Shown here in pieces: positions 20,060 to 30,317 of a stretch of 53,201 nucleotides of DNA (positions within the stretch are counted from its first letter, which is position 1; every line of letters begins with the position of its first letter). The notes below the pieces were generated by a model, which searched no databases, had not been told where the DNA came from, and saw only the letters and a program-made list of their open reading frames with translations. Source of the DNA: Chloroflexota bacterium (lineage in GTDB: Bacteria > Chloroflexota > Limnocylindria > Limnocylindrales > CSP1-4); NCBI GenBank assembly GCA_040905225.1, contig JBBDRY010000096.1:43099-96299 (forward strand), read 5' to 3'. The position numbers and the translations under genes are program-made.

Positions 20060-22117
20060 ATGGTCAAGGCAGAGTCGGCGCACACGAATCGACTCGCTCA
20101 GGAGACGAGCCCCTACCTCCTCCAGCACGCACACAACCCGGTCGACTGGTACCCATGGGGCCCAGAGGCACTGGCCCGGGCCAAGCAGGAGGACCGGCCG
20201 ATCTTCCTGTCCATCGGCTACGCGGCATGCCACTGGTGCCACGTGATGGAGCGCGAATCCTTCGAGACCGACGAGACGGCTATTCTTCTGAATGAGGGTT
20301 TCGTGGCTATCAAGGTGGACCGCGAGGAGCGCCCTGATCTCGACGCGATCTACATGGACGCGGTCCAGCAGATGACCGGGCAGGGCGGCTGGCCAATGAG
20401 CGTCTTTCTTACCCCTGAGGGCAAGCCCTTCTACGGCGGCACGTACTTCCCCGATCGGCCGCGACACGGACTGCCCTCATTCAATGATGTGCTACGCGGA
20501 GTCGCCGAGGCCTGGCGCGAGCGGCGCGGCGAAGTCGAGCAGGCGGGGGCCGCAATTGCCAGCTCGATCGCCCGGCAGGTGGCCTCGGCGCCGGCGGCGG
20601 CCGATGTCGGCAGGCAGGGCACAGGAGCGCAGGGGTGGATGCTGGACGCGGCTCTCGTGGCGCTGGAACGCGAGTTCGACTCACGCAACGGCGGCTGGGG
20701 CGGAGCGCCCAAGTTTCCGCAGCCGATGACGATCGAGTTCCTGCTTCGGATGCACCTCCGGACGGGCGACCAGAGGCCTCTGGCCATGGCGCGCCGAAGT
20801 CTCGACGCGATGGCTGCGGGAGGCATCTACGACCACCTCGGCGGCGGGTTCGCTCGATACGCGACGGACTCGGTCTGGCTCGTGCCCCACTTCGAGAAAA
20901 TGCTCTACGACAACGCCCAACTGGCGCGCGTGTACCTCCACGCCTGGCAGCTCACGTCTGACGCCCGATATCGCGAGGTCGTCGAGGAAACCTTGGAATT
21001 CGTCCAGCGCGAGCTCCGAACCGCGGACGGCGGCTTCGCCTCGAGCCTGGATGCCGACACCGAAGGCGAGGAAGGGGCCACCTACGTCTGGTCAAAGGCC
21101 GAGATCGACGCCGTGCTGGGCGCGGATGCCCATGACTTCGCGGCGTCCTATGACGTGACCGAGAACGGCAACTGGGAGGGGCAGAACATCCTGCGTCGAG
21201 TCGGCGGTGAGCCAGCGAGCGAGGAGAGGCTGACTTTGGCGCGCAGGCTGCTTCTCGACCGGCGCGAAGGTCGCCCACAGCCCGCGCGTGACGACAAGGT
21301 CCTGACCGCCTGGAACGGCTTGGTGATCGCCGCGTTCGCCGAGGCTGGCGCCGTATTGGAGCGACGCAATCTCGTTGTCATCGCTGAGGAGGCGGCCAAA
21401 TTGCTGCTCAACGAGGCGCGCAATGAGAAAGGGCGCCTACACCGGTCGTTCAAGGACGGCCGAGCGCTTCATGCGGGAGTCCTCGAGGACTATGCGAACC
21501 TGGCCGAAGGGTTGCTCGCGCTCTATTCAGCCACGTTCGCAGAGCGCTGGTTCGTGGCCGCGCGCGAGCTGGCAGACCAGATCCTCGCCCACTTCGCGGA
21601 TCCTGCCGGCGGCTTCTTCGATACGGCCGACGATCACGAGGCGCTCATCACGCGACCCAAGAGCCTCCAGGACAACGCAATGCCATCAGGCAACGCGATG
21701 GCGGTCACGGTGCTGCTCAAGCTCGCCGCGCTGACGGGCGAAGGCAGTTACGCGGACGCTGCCGAACGCGCACTGGCGCAGGTGACGTCGTACGCGCACC
21801 GGTACCCGACCGCGTTTGGCCAGTGGCTGGGCGCGCTCGCGTTTTCACTCTCGGACGTGACGGAGGTCGCGATCGTGGGCGATCCGGCCGCGGACGACAC
21901 TCGAGCGCTGCTCGACGTGATGCGCGGCGAGTACCGGCCCTTCAGCGTCGTCGCCCTGGCCGGGGGGAGGCGGGCTAACGAGAAGGCAGTACCACTCCTG
22001 CACGACCGCGAAAAGCGCGACGGAAAGGCGACTGCCTATGTGTGCCGCGGCTTCGCCTGCCGCGCCCCGACGACAGAGCCCGCCGAGCTTGCGGCGCAGT
22101 TAGCATCCCCGCAATGA
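20060..22117 (+). CDS. thioredoxin-domain (DUF255) protein, YyaL/SSP411-like
   Basis: The ATG at 20060 gives [34 protein letters not shown]...[13 protein letters not shown] followed by a six-hairpin-like C-terminus. The 346-aa upstream extension in the ORF track is antisense to trmB and is rejected. Confidence 0.85.
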   Translation: MVKAESAHTNRLAQETSPYLLQHAHNPVDWYPWGPEALARAKQEDRPIFLSIGYAACHWCHVMERESFETDETAILLNEGFVAIKVDREERPDLDAIYMDAVQQMTGQGGWPMSVFLTPEGKPFYGGTYFPDRPRHGLPSFNDVLRGVAEAWRERRGEVEQAGAAIASSIARQVASAPAAADVGRQGTGAQGWMLDAALVALEREFDSRNGGWGGAPKFPQPMTIEFLLRMHLRTGDQRPLAMARRSLDAMAAGGIYDHLGGGFARYATDSVWLVPHFEKMLYDNAQLARVYLHAWQLTSDARYREVVEETLEFVQRELRTADGGFASSLDADTEGEEGATYVWSKAEIDAVLGADAHDFAASYDVTENGNWEGQNILRRVGGEPASEERLTLARRLLLDRREGRPQPARDDKVLTAWNGLVIAAFAEAGAVLERRNLVVIAEEAAKLLLNEARNEKGRLHRSFKDGRALHAGVLEDYANLAEGLLALYSATFAERWFVAARELADQILAHFADPAGGFFDTADDHEALITRPKSLQDNAMPSGNAMAVTVLLKLAALTGEGSYADAAERALAQVTSYAHRYPTAFGQWLGALAFSLSDVTEVAIVGDPAADDTRALLDVMRGEYRPFSVVALAGGRRANEKAVPLLHDREKRDGKATAYVCRGFACRAPTTEPAELAAQLASPQ

Positions 22118-22737
22118 CACGTCGCTTTATCAGCGCCCTCGTCGCCGTCAGCCTGCTCACGCTCCTGTTCACTGTTTCGGCCCTTGGCCATGCCCACCTT
22201 GTCGAGTCGGATCCGGCGGATGGCGACACGATCGAGACGCCCTACACGCTAACCGCAACGTTCAGCGCGGAGTTCGATCCGAATCCGCAGCGCAGTTTCG
22301 TGCGCGTCGTCGACCCGTCAGGTGCCGAGGTTGCCCGCGGTGGAGTCAGCGATGACGACCCCACGGTCATGACCGTCGAGCTGCCGGCACTCGAACCCGG
22401 TGAGTACACCGTCCAATGGCAGACGACCACCGCCGACGACAACGGAGTCGAGCGCGGGACTTTCACGTTCGACGTCGCTGCGTCTCCGACGCCAGGACCG
22501 ACGGCAACTCCGACGCCCGTGCCACCCACAACTCCGCCATCCAGCCCAGTCGCGACTGCGACACCGGCCGCGACGGCGACACCTGCCGCGACGGCGACGC
22601 CTGTTCCTGTGGCCACGCCGACCCCTGTTGATCCCGCCCCGAGCGGCACCGGTTCCGACGCCCTTCTGGCGTTGCTCATCGGGGCCGTCGCGATCGGCGC
22701 AATCGCTCTATTCCTCTTCGCCCGCTCACGACGCTGA
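22114..22737 (+). CDS. copC: CopC-domain copper-binding protein with Pro/Thr linker and C-terminal TM anchor
   Basis: The ATG at 22114 overlaps the upstream stop (ATGA). Signal peptide, then a mature N-terminus [13 protein letters not shown] (CopC His brace) and a C-terminal hydrophobic helix. Confidence 0.8.
   Translation: MTRRFISALVAVSLLTLLFTVSALGHAHLVESDPADGDTIETPYTLTATFSAEFDPNPQRSFVRVVDPSGAEVARGGVSDDDPTVMTVELPALEPGEYTVQWQTTTADDNGVERGTFTFDVAASPTPGPTATPTPVPPTTPPSSPVATATPAATATPAATATPVPVATPTPVDPAPSGTGSDALLALLIGAVAIGAIALFLFARSRR
22552..22605 (+). repeat. 3 x 18-nt tandem repeat encoding [18 protein letters not shown] in the CopC linker
   Basis: gcgactgcgacaccggcc / gcgacggcgacacctgcc / gcgacggcgacgcctgtt read directly from the sequence. 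Confidence 0.7.
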
Positions 22738-23426
22738 CCGGCCTCGCCGCGCTGCCCGATCCGGGCGCTCTGATATTCGATCTCGACGGCACCCTGGTTG
22801 ACACCGTCGAGGTCCGCATCCGCGCCTGGATGCAGGTCTTCGCCGAGATCGGGATCCCAGCTGATCGGGAGCATGTCGCGCGGCTGATCGGCGCCGACGG
22901 CAAACGGCTGGCCAAGGAGGTCGCGAACGTCGCCAACCGGCACATCGACGACGACCGTGCGGAGGCCATAGACAAGCGCTCCGGCGCGATCTACGACGAG
23001 CTGAACACGGACCCACGCCCCATCGCCGGCGCCCGGGCCCTCCTACTTGCCCTGTGCCGCTCCGCGCTGCCGTGGGCGATCGCTACCTCCAGCCGCTCGG
23101 AGCAGGTGCGCGCGTCAGTCGATGCCCTGAAACTCCCGGAACGCCCGCGGATCGTGGACGGTAGTCACGTCGAGCACGCCAAACCAGCGCCCGATCTGCT
23201 GCTTCTCGCTGCGGAACAGCTGCGCACCCCGCCAAGCAGGTGCTGGTATGTCGGCGATGCGACGTGGGACATGCTCGCGGCCCGCGCAGCGGGGATGATC
23301 GGGATCGGCGTCCCTTACGGTGTCGCCTCCAAGTCGGATCTGCTGAATGCCGGTGCGCGAACCGTCACGATGTTTCGCAGCCTCCAGGCTGAGCTGAACC
23401 GGCGAGGCCTCCTCGCGCCGACCTAG
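22734..23426 (+). CDS. HAD-superfamily hydrolase (phosphoglycolate phosphatase-like); start codon uncertain and non-canonical
   Basis: HAD motif I LIFDLDGTLVDT (22770-22805) lies upstream of the first ATG/GTG/TTG (22830). The frame is open back to a stop at 22629-22631. In-frame CTG codons lie at 22734 (overlapping the copC stop as CTGA), 22752 and 22770. Later motifs (ATSS.., GDATWD) are present. Confidence 0.65.
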   Translation: MTGLAALPDPGALIFDLDGTLVDTVEVRIRAWMQVFAEIGIPADREHVARLIGADGKRLAKEVANVANRHIDDDRAEAIDKRSGAIYDELNTDPRPIAGARALLLALCRSALPWAIATSSRSEQVRASVDALKLPERPRIVDGSHVEHAKPAPDLLLLAAEQLRTPPSRCWYVGDATWDMLAARAAGMIGIGVPYGVASKSDLLNAGARTVTMFRSLQAELNRRGLLAPT

Positions 23427-25087
23427 TTGCGCGGTGGGCAGGGCGGCGCGTTGGGCCGCGTGTCGGGCTCCGGCTCGGGCTCCTCGAAGATGTTCTGCAC
23501 CTTTTGGCGGATGCCGCTCATGCTCCCGAGGCTCGACAACCTGCCGGGCGCGAAGTCGTACCTGTAAATCCGGTCGGCATCAATGCGCGACGCGGCCTCG
23601 GCCAAATAGGGAATGTCCCCGTCGCTCCACGTGAGGTACAGGTTCTCCTGCGCAACCTGGAGCAAGGCTGGGATGTGCGGCAGCAGGCCGAGCGGGTCGA
23701 GTTGCTTCCTTACCTGCGTCAGCACGTACTGCTGGCGGCGGGCTCGGTCGTAATCGGAGCTCTCATGCCGTGAGCGCGAGTAGGCCAGCGCCATCTCACC
23801 GTCGAAGAACTGGCAGCCCTTGGCGATGTCGAGTTGGATCCGCTGTTGGGTAGACGTGAAATAGGTCTCGTCGCGCAGCCGGTCAGGAACATCGAGCCAG
23901 ACGCCGCCGTAGCAGTCCGCGTTGGTCAGCGCCACTCGGGCGGCACGCGCCGGGCAAGTTGGCGGAAGGTTGTCCACCACCGACACGAACCCCTTCAGGT
24001 TGACCGAGACGATGCCGTCGATCGGGACCGCGGTCATCTCCTGGATCGTGCCGACCAGCGCCTGCCATGCTCGCGTGCACGTGTACTGCTGGGCGCAATC
24101 CTGGCCGCTGACACCCTCTGAACCGGGGAACTCGGGGCGCTCGGCGGCCCGGCGCCACAGGGCGTTGAGCATGTCGGGGAATGTCCCATTCGGATAGATC
24201 CCGGCGCTCTCGGCGGGGAGCGGTATGCGCAGCCAGTCCGGGTAGCGTGAGTCGCTGCCGGCGGGTCCGCAGCTGCGATCGATCGAGGGCGTGCACATGT
24301 TGCGCGGGAAGCTGAACATCGCCGCCTTGCCGGCCTGGATGTCGATCGTCATCAGCAGCATCGTGTCGGTGCGCAGGCTGTTGTCGCCGACGCCCTCGTC
24401 CGAGCGCGAGTCCGTGCCGACGATGAGGATGTTCAGCCGGTTGTCCTGGGCCCAGCTTGGCCAGGTCGCGAGGTCGATGGGAGGCAGAGGCGAGCGCGTT
24501 GGCTGTGGCGTCTGGCGTCCGGGCGAGCCGCTCGGACCAGGCGTACCCGTCCCCGGGGTGAGGCTGGGAACGGGCGTCGGACTGGGTACCGGAGTGGGTG
24601 TCTGCGGACCGGGGGTGGTCGGCGCAATCGACTGGACACTGAATGATTGGATCGGGTTCGGGCGGTTCGGGTCGAAGATCGACGACATCGTGTTGTGGAC
24701 CTGGACGCCGTACACCTCGGGCAGGCCGTGCAGCACCAGCGTGAGCGAGACGAGCGCGGCGAGCACGATCGGTGCCGCTCCACGGAACCCGGGCCCCCGA
24801 TAGCGATCGCGCTGGGCAACCCCATAGGCATCGAACATGGCCGCGAGGTGGTAGAGGAAGAAGGCGACGTTCAGGGTCAGCAGCGCGAGCCGCTTCTGAG
24901 GGCTGCTGATCAGTCCGAGCATCGCGTTCTGGCCGCCCAGAAGGATGCCCACGACCGCGACCACGAATACGAACATCGGGATCGCCCACAGGAGGCCCCT
25001 GCGTGGCTGGCCGGCGTAGACCTGGCCGGCACCCGGAAACAGGAACGAGAGAAGCGCGGCGACGGCCGGCGACGGATTAGAAGTCAT
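23423..25087 (-). CDS. LytR-CpsA-Psr (LCP) family protein with N-terminal multi-TM domain and Pro/Thr linker
   Basis: 554 aa. LNILIVGTDSRSDEG...SLRTDTMLLMTID is the LCP core signature. There are 3-4 N-terminal TM helices. Confidence 0.85.
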   Translation of the reverse strand: MTSNPSPAVAALLSFLFPGAGQVYAGQPRRGLLWAIPMFVFVVAVVGILLGGQNAMLGLISSPQKRLALLTLNVAFFLYHLAAMFDAYGVAQRDRYRGPGFRGAAPIVLAALVSLTLVLHGLPEVYGVQVHNTMSSIFDPNRPNPIQSFSVQSIAPTTPGPQTPTPVPSPTPVPSLTPGTGTPGPSGSPGRQTPQPTRSPLPPIDLATWPSWAQDNRLNILIVGTDSRSDEGVGDNSLRTDTMLLMTIDIQAGKAAMFSFPRNMCTPSIDRSCGPAGSDSRYPDWLRIPLPAESAGIYPNGTFPDMLNALWRRAAERPEFPGSEGVSGQDCAQQYTCTRAWQALVGTIQEMTAVPIDGIVSVNLKGFVSVVDNLPPTCPARAARVALTNADCYGGVWLDVPDRLRDETYFTSTQQRIQLDIAKGCQFFDGEMALAYSRSRHESSDYDRARRQQYVLTQVRKQLDPLGLLPHIPALLQVAQENLYLTWSDGDIPYLAEAASRIDADRIYRYDFAPGRLSSLGSMSGIRQKVQNIFEEPEPEPDTRPNAPPCPPRN

Positions 25088-25242
25088 CTAGAAGGTCAGA
25101 TCCCCAGCGGAGAGTTGTCGAGCGAATCTTCCGACTGTGTCGGAGCGCCGGTTGTTCCCGCTTTCCTTGGGCACGACCGCGGGAGGGAGGCGAAGTCTAC
25201 GTCAGAACGACGAACGGACCGGTTGGCGTGCTACGCCGGACG

Positions 25243-25719
25243 CTATTGGGCGATGTGCAGGGTGCCGACCATCGTCGTCGCGTGGACGTCACACCAGAAG
25301 AAGTAATCGCCCGGATTTGCCGGCGTCGTGAAGGTCACGGAGCGGAGCTGGTTTGGTCCTGTGATCTTCTCCGTGGCGCCCAGCGACGGCGCGTTCTGGT
25401 CCGGCCCATTGAAGAAGTTGATGTTGTGCTCGAGTGAGCTATTGTTGTTGTACTGGACGGTCACGAGCGTGTTCGGCGTCGCGTTCAATGTGGCGGGCAC
25501 GAACGCCAGCGGGTTGTCGTTGTTCGTCGCGACCTCGATCAACGTGCCTGCGGGCGACCCACCCGGGGTCGGCGCGGACGAGGCGCCTGCGGATGGAGTC
25601 GGCCCGAGCGGCGCGTAGGTCCAGCCCGGACCTGTGCCGGAAGCGCAGGCGACGACGGCGAGCGCGGCGATCGTCGCGCACGCGGCGCGCGCGAGGACGG
25701 ACAGAGGGCGTCTATTCAT
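25243..25719 (-). CDS. cupredoxin (plastocyanin/azurin-like type-1 copper) lipoprotein
   Basis: Signal peptide with lipobox (ALAVVACASG). Copper ligand pattern: His in LEHNINF, and Cys, His and Met in FWCDVHATTM. Confidence 0.8.
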   Translation of the reverse strand: MNRRPLSVLARAACATIAALAVVACASGTGPGWTYAPLGPTPSAGASSAPTPGGSPAGTLIEVATNNDNPLAFVPATLNATPNTLVTVQYNNNSSLEHNINFFNGPDQNAPSLGATEKITGPNQLRSVTFTTPANPGDYFFWCDVHATTMVGTLHIAQ

Positions 25720-25764
25720 GGCCGCATTCTTGCCGATTGCGAGCGCAGCCGTCGGATCTCCTGG

Positions 25765-28700
25765 TCAGGCGCGGGCTGATCGCGGAGAGGCTGCGATGGC
25801 GCCCGGGTCCTCGGGCACGAGCCCCAGCCTGATCGCCATGCCAGCGGCCTCGGTACGTCCACCGACCCCGAGCTTCGACAGGATCCGCCGAACATGAACC
25901 GCCACGGTTCGCTCGCTGATGAAGAGTCGCTCGGCGATCTCGCGATTCGTACGTCCTTCGGTCAGAACGAGGAGCACCGAGTTCTCGCGTGGGCTGAGCC
26001 CGAAACGAGCCTCGGCAGGCGATAGGCCGCCGCTTCCACCGCCGACACGCACACCGAAGTCGACCGGCTTGGGTCGGCCCGGCCCGACCGCGACCAACTC
26101 CTTGGCCTCGGTCTCGATGGGGATCGCCACGACATTCGTGTCAGGCAGCGTGATCCGGCCGCGGACCGAAAGGTCGCGCAGCGCACGCTGAAGGGGCGCC
26201 GCTGGAAGGTTGCTACAGATACGCCACGCCTCGGTCAGGGCCTTGCGCGCCTCTGCACGCTTCGCACGTACCGGCAGCGCCGCCTGTGCCTGCCACCAGC
26301 GCGCCTTGGCTGCCTGGTACGGGATGGGCACCTTCAACCATGCCTCGGCGAGCTCGGCCCATCTCTCCGGCTTTGCCTTGCCTCGGACCCTGTCGGCGTG
26401 CGCCCGCGCCATGGCGAGATGAAGCTCCGCCTCGCGCCGCGCACCGACGGTTACGGGCAGGTCCCAATCGTTGAGCGCTCCTTCCGCGACGGCCATGACG
26501 CGCCCGGCGAGCTCGCCCGCGTCCGCAACTTCCGACCAGTCGCGCTTCAGGCGGCCACGTTCAGACGAGGCGGCGCACGCCTCGAGAACGGTCGAGGCGG
26601 CGTACGCGATCTGCGCTGGGTCAGCCGTTTCCTGGACGCGTTGCCAGCCTTGCTCCGCGGAGTTGCGCGCATCGCCAAGCTCACCGCGCCACAGCGCATC
26701 GCTGACTGCCGTGCGCAGGACGAGCGCCGACCACTGGCCGGCGGGCACGGTGTCGAGCTGCAACAGCGTCTGCCCGACGAGCCGTCGAGCCTCTTCGTCG
26801 GCGCGCGATTCGATCAGCACGAGACCCAGATAGAGGGTCGGGCTGAACCACGCCACGCCGGCCGGCGGGAACTCCATCGCCGCCCTGCATTCGGCCTCGG
26901 ACTCTGACCAGCGGCCGAGCTGGAAGAGGATGTCCGCGGCGTTTCCGCGCAGAAAGGCGCCATACGTCAAGCCGAGGCCGCTGCGACTCGCCTCCGCTAT
27001 GCCCTCCTTGACCACCGCCAGCGCCTCCTCCCGCCGTGAGTCGAGGTCGAGCAGCGTCGTGCGGTTGGCGTAGCAGCGCATCACCTCGTCGAGCCTGCCG
27101 ACGTCTCGGGCAGTCGCCATCGCCTCGTCGAGCAGGGCCAGGCCGGTATCGATATCGCCCATCCAGCCCAAGTCGACCGCGAGCGTGTCGCTGGCATGAG
27201 CCAGTGCAGCCAGGCCTTCGGGACCAGCGGCTCTGGCGGTCAAACGAGCATCCTCGGCGACCCGCGCGCTGTCCGCGAAGCGCCCGTCGAGCATGAGGCC
27301 CTGTGCGAGAGACGCGAGCGCCTGTGCGCGCAATGCCGGCGCCGACTCTGGCGCGAGTTCGACCGCCCGCTCGAAGGCTTCCTGAGCACCTACCGGATCG
27401 CCGCCGCCACGCCGATAGTGGCCCAGCTGCTCGCTCAACTCGGCCGCGGTCGACCGTGCCACGAGCCGAGCCGCCGCTTCCTTCTCTGGAACTGTTCGAG
27501 TCAACAGGCGCTCGACACGCCCGCCCGCGACCCTCTGGAGCGCCTGCTCGACATACGCCGCGGCACGACGAAAGGCGACGGCCGCAGCTGCCGCGGAGGC
27601 AGCGGCGGTGAGCAGATCGACGTCGGCTTCTTCATCGCTCTCGCCCAGCTCCAGGGCAGCGGAGTAGTGGCTGAAGGCCGTTTCGCCCGGCTCGAGCTCC
27701 TCGGCCGATTCCGCCGCGGCTATGTGTGCCTCGCGAGCCTTCGCGGGACGACCGGCGCGCCGCCAGTGCCATGCCGCTTCGGCTGGTTCGTCCGCCAACA
27801 GGTCGGCCAGGGCCGCGTGCAGGCCACGGCGCTCAGCAGGCAGTGTCGAGGCCTCGATTGCCTCGGCGCACAGATCGTGGACCAACGACAGGCCAGCATC
27901 CGTGGAAAGGGCCAATCCACTCGCCACGGCCGCTCCACCCGCATTCCGGGGCAGGTGGCCGTCGGGCAATCGCAACAGGCCCATGCTGGCTTCCGAGATC
28001 GGCCGACGCGCAGCCGCAAGGACCTTCAGGCCGCGCACAGCGGCTGCGTCGAGCTGGCTGACGCGCGCGTGCAGGATCTCGTCGAAGGGGTCTGACAGTC
28101 TGAGGCCGGCAAGCTCGGCTTCGGCGGCCACCAGCTGACCCGCGAGTAGCGGGTTGCCGCGCGCGCCCTCGGTCACGGCGGCCACGAAACCGAGGGTAGG
28201 CCGTTCGCCCTGGAGGCTCTCTACCAGCGCGGATGTTTCGTCACGTGACAGCGGCTCGAGCGTCAGCCGCTCAACAGCCGGGCTGTCATTGATCTCCTGG
28301 ATCAGGCCAAGTGCGGGATGCCCGCGCGGCAGCTCGTCCGTGTGGTAGCCAACGATCAACATCATCGGCAGGCGCCGTCTGACGCGCAGCATTGCGCTCA
28401 CGAAGCCGCGCGTGGCCGGATCGCTGTGTTCCAGGTCCTCCACGACCAGGACCAGCAGGTTCTGGGCGGCAAGCCTGGCGAAGACCGCAAAGAGGCTCTC
28501 GCGGACCCGTGCCCCGCGCTGGTCTGGCGCGTCCAGGCGCGGCGACCTTGCCTCAACATCCAGTCCCTCGAGCCGATCCGCGAGTTCGGGGATGAACCTC
28601 ACCAGGTCGTGAACGCCAGAGCCAAGGAGAGGCGCGAGGCGGTCTGTGGGCACGCCGACCAGCGTCGTTGCCAGCGCGTCGCGCAGAGCGCCATAGGGCA

Positions 28701-28905
28701 CACCGGAAGTCGGCGCGTAGCAGCGCGCGCGGCAGATCGTCACGCCGGCTGATCGGCCGAGACGCTCCGACACCTCGTCGATCAGGCGCGAAATACCGAT
28801 GCCGAGCGGCCCGGAAAGCGCCACGCGGGTTGGCTCCCCCTCTGCGGCGCGCTGGAGGGCCGAGCCCAGCACGTCCAACTCGCGTTCACGACCAATGAAC
28901 GCCAT
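25765..28905 (-). CDS. large ATP-binding LuxR-family (LAL/MalT-like) transcriptional regulator
   Basis: The ATG at 28905 gives MAFIGRERELDVLG... An N-terminal P-loop-like region, a long TPR/helical middle, and a C-terminal LuxR HTH (LSPRENSVLLVLTEGRTNREIAERLFISERTVAVHVRRILSKLGV). Confidence 0.85.
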   Translation of the reverse strand: MAFIGRERELDVLGSALQRAAEGEPTRVALSGPLGIGISRLIDEVSERLGRSAGVTICRARCYAPTSGVPYGALRDALATTLVGVPTDRLAPLLGSGVHDLVRFIPELADRLEGLDVEARSPRLDAPDQRGARVRESLFAVFARLAAQNLLVLVVEDLEHSDPATRGFVSAMLRVRRRLPMMLIVGYHTDELPRGHPALGLIQEINDSPAVERLTLEPLSRDETSALVESLQGERPTLGFVAAVTEGARGNPLLAGQLVAAEAELAGLRLSDPFDEILHARVSQLDAAAVRGLKVLAAARRPISEASMGLLRLPDGHLPRNAGGAAVASGLALSTDAGLSLVHDLCAEAIEASTLPAERRGLHAALADLLADEPAEAAWHWRRAGRPAKAREAHIAAAESAEELEPGETAFSHYSAALELGESDEEADVDLLTAAASAAAAAVAFRRAAAYVEQALQRVAGGRVERLLTRTVPEKEAAARLVARSTAAELSEQLGHYRRGGGDPVGAQEAFERAVELAPESAPALRAQALASLAQGLMLDGRFADSARVAEDARLTARAAGPEGLAALAHASDTLAVDLGWMGDIDTGLALLDEAMATARDVGRLDEVMRCYANRTTLLDLDSRREEALAVVKEGIAEASRSGLGLTYGAFLRGNAADILFQLGRWSESEAECRAAMEFPPAGVAWFSPTLYLGLVLIESRADEEARRLVGQTLLQLDTVPAGQWSALVLRTAVSDALWRGELGDARNSAEQGWQRVQETADPAQIAYAASTVLEACAASSERGRLKRDWSEVADAGELAGRVMAVAEGALNDWDLPVTVGARREAELHLAMARAHADRVRGKAKPERWAELAEAWLKVPIPYQAAKARWWQAQAALPVRAKRAEARKALTEAWRICSNLPAAPLQRALRDLSVRGRITLPDTNVVAIPIETEAKELVAVGPGRPKPVDFGVRVGGGSGGLSPAEARFGLSPRENSVLLVLTEGRTNREIAERLFISERTVAVHVRRILSKLGVGGRTEAAGMAIRLGLVPEDPGAIAASPRSARA

Positions 28906-29002
28906 GCCCGAAGGATACGGTGGTCTGGTGGATACTTGTGAGGTGCGGGAAGGTACCGAGCGGCCGCGAACGCAGGCTGCGGTGCGCGCGGACAACGGGC
29001 AC

Positions 29003-29890
29003 GTGCATCCCGACAACTCGCTGAACGAGCTCTCCGGCGAGGAGTGGCTCTACTTCACCAAGTCGCTCTGGACGACGGCGTATCCGTCCGAGCTGGGCCA
29101 CGCGGCGCGCAAAGCGCACGGCGCGAACAAGCCGCCGCGGTTGATGGCCAAGCTGATCGAGTTCTTCACCAAGCCAGGCGAGCTGGTCCTGGACCCGTTC
29201 GCAGGCGTCGGCGGCACGCTGCTTGGCGCATCCATCTGTCGGTCGCCCCGGCGCGCGCTGGGGTTCGAGATCGAGCCGCGTTGGGCGGAGGTCTACGACG
29301 GCGTCGTGAGCTCCGCGCTGGCGGCGCAGAACGGCGACGCGTCGCTTCTGGCGGACCTGGGCCAGTCCGACCCCGGCGGCGGGCGGCGTTTCGATCCTTC
29401 AGGAGCGCGACTCGTCATCGGTGACGCGATCCGGCTGCTGGCTGAGCTAGAACCGGCGTCGGTCGACTTCGTTGCGACCGATCCGCCCTACAACCCCCAG
29501 CTGCGACTGACGATGGCCGGCGGGAAGCTGGCCGAGCGGTTCGCCAACCGACGAACCGACTACGCCATGGTGACCGCGGATCCGGCCGATCTGGCGAACA
29601 GCGCGACCTACGAGGAGTATCTCGACCGCATGCAGGGCGTGCTTGCGGAACTGCACCGCGTCCTACGGCCGAAGCGCTATGCCACGGTCATCGTCCGCGA
29701 CGCATACCAGAACGGCCACTACCGCTTCACGGGCGCGGACCTGGCCGCGCGTGCCGAACGAGTCGGGTTCGTGACCAAAGGTGACCTGGTCTGGTATCAG
29801 GCCGGTTCGCGGCTACGGCCGTACGGCTACCCGCGCGGTTTCGTCCCGAACATCGTCCATCAGCACATCTTGGTCTTACGCGCGGAGTAG
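29003..29890 (+). CDS. SAM-dependent DPPY-motif (N4/N6-type) methyltransferase; start uncertain (28895-29003)
   Basis: HGANKPPRLMAKLIEFFTKPGELVLDPFAGVGGT (SAM-binding motif I region) is followed about 90 aa later by FVATDPPYN (motif IV). No adjacent restriction endonuclease is recognisable. Confidence 0.7.
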   Translation: MHPDNSLNELSGEEWLYFTKSLWTTAYPSELGHAARKAHGANKPPRLMAKLIEFFTKPGELVLDPFAGVGGTLLGASICRSPRRALGFEIEPRWAEVYDGVVSSALAAQNGDASLLADLGQSDPGGGRRFDPSGARLVIGDAIRLLAELEPASVDFVATDPPYNPQLRLTMAGGKLAERFANRRTDYAMVTADPADLANSATYEEYLDRMQGVLAELHRVLRPKRYATVIVRDAYQNGHYRFTGADLAARAERVGFVTKGDLVWYQAGSRLRPYGYPRGFVPNIVHQHILVLRAE

Positions 29891-29894
29891 TCCA

Positions 29895-30317
29895 GTGCGA
29901 TCGTCAGGTTCGTTGGAGGTGTCAGTACCACTCGCGCGGGTGTTTTCGTATCTCAGCGATCCGCGCAACCTAATTGCCGCCAACCACAAGCGGCCGATCG
30001 TCGAGCAATCCGATCCGCCGCTCGGAGCCGGATCGTGGTTCGTCCTGTCCCTGGACCAGCTCCGTGCTCGCGTGGAATACACGGTGTACGAGCCAACGCG
30101 CAGGATTGCCGCCACGGTTACATGGTGGGGTCGTGGCAGTGGCGGGGCCTCAAGCGAGCACGAGTTCGAGTTGTCCGAACTGGACGGAGGGAGCCGGACG
30201 CGTATCGACGCTCACATGGATGGTCACGGTGGCCTCATCCGTTGGGCGCCGCTCCGGCGCGTGACGGATGCTCTGCTGCGCTGGCGGATGCGTCGTCGAA
30301 TCGAGAGATCTGCCTAA
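29895..30317 (+). CDS. SRPBCC (polyketide cyclase/START-like) family protein
   Basis: A GTG at 29895, just after the methyltransferase stop, gives VRSSGSLEVSVPLARVFSYLSDPRNL... This is a typical SRPBCC N-terminus and the protein is about 140 aa. Confidence 0.5.
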   Translation: MRSSGSLEVSVPLARVFSYLSDPRNLIAANHKRPIVEQSDPPLGAGSWFVLSLDQLRARVEYTVYEPTRRIAATVTWWGRGSGGASSEHEFELSELDGGSRTRIDAHMDGHGGLIRWAPLRRVTDALLRWRMRRRIERSA

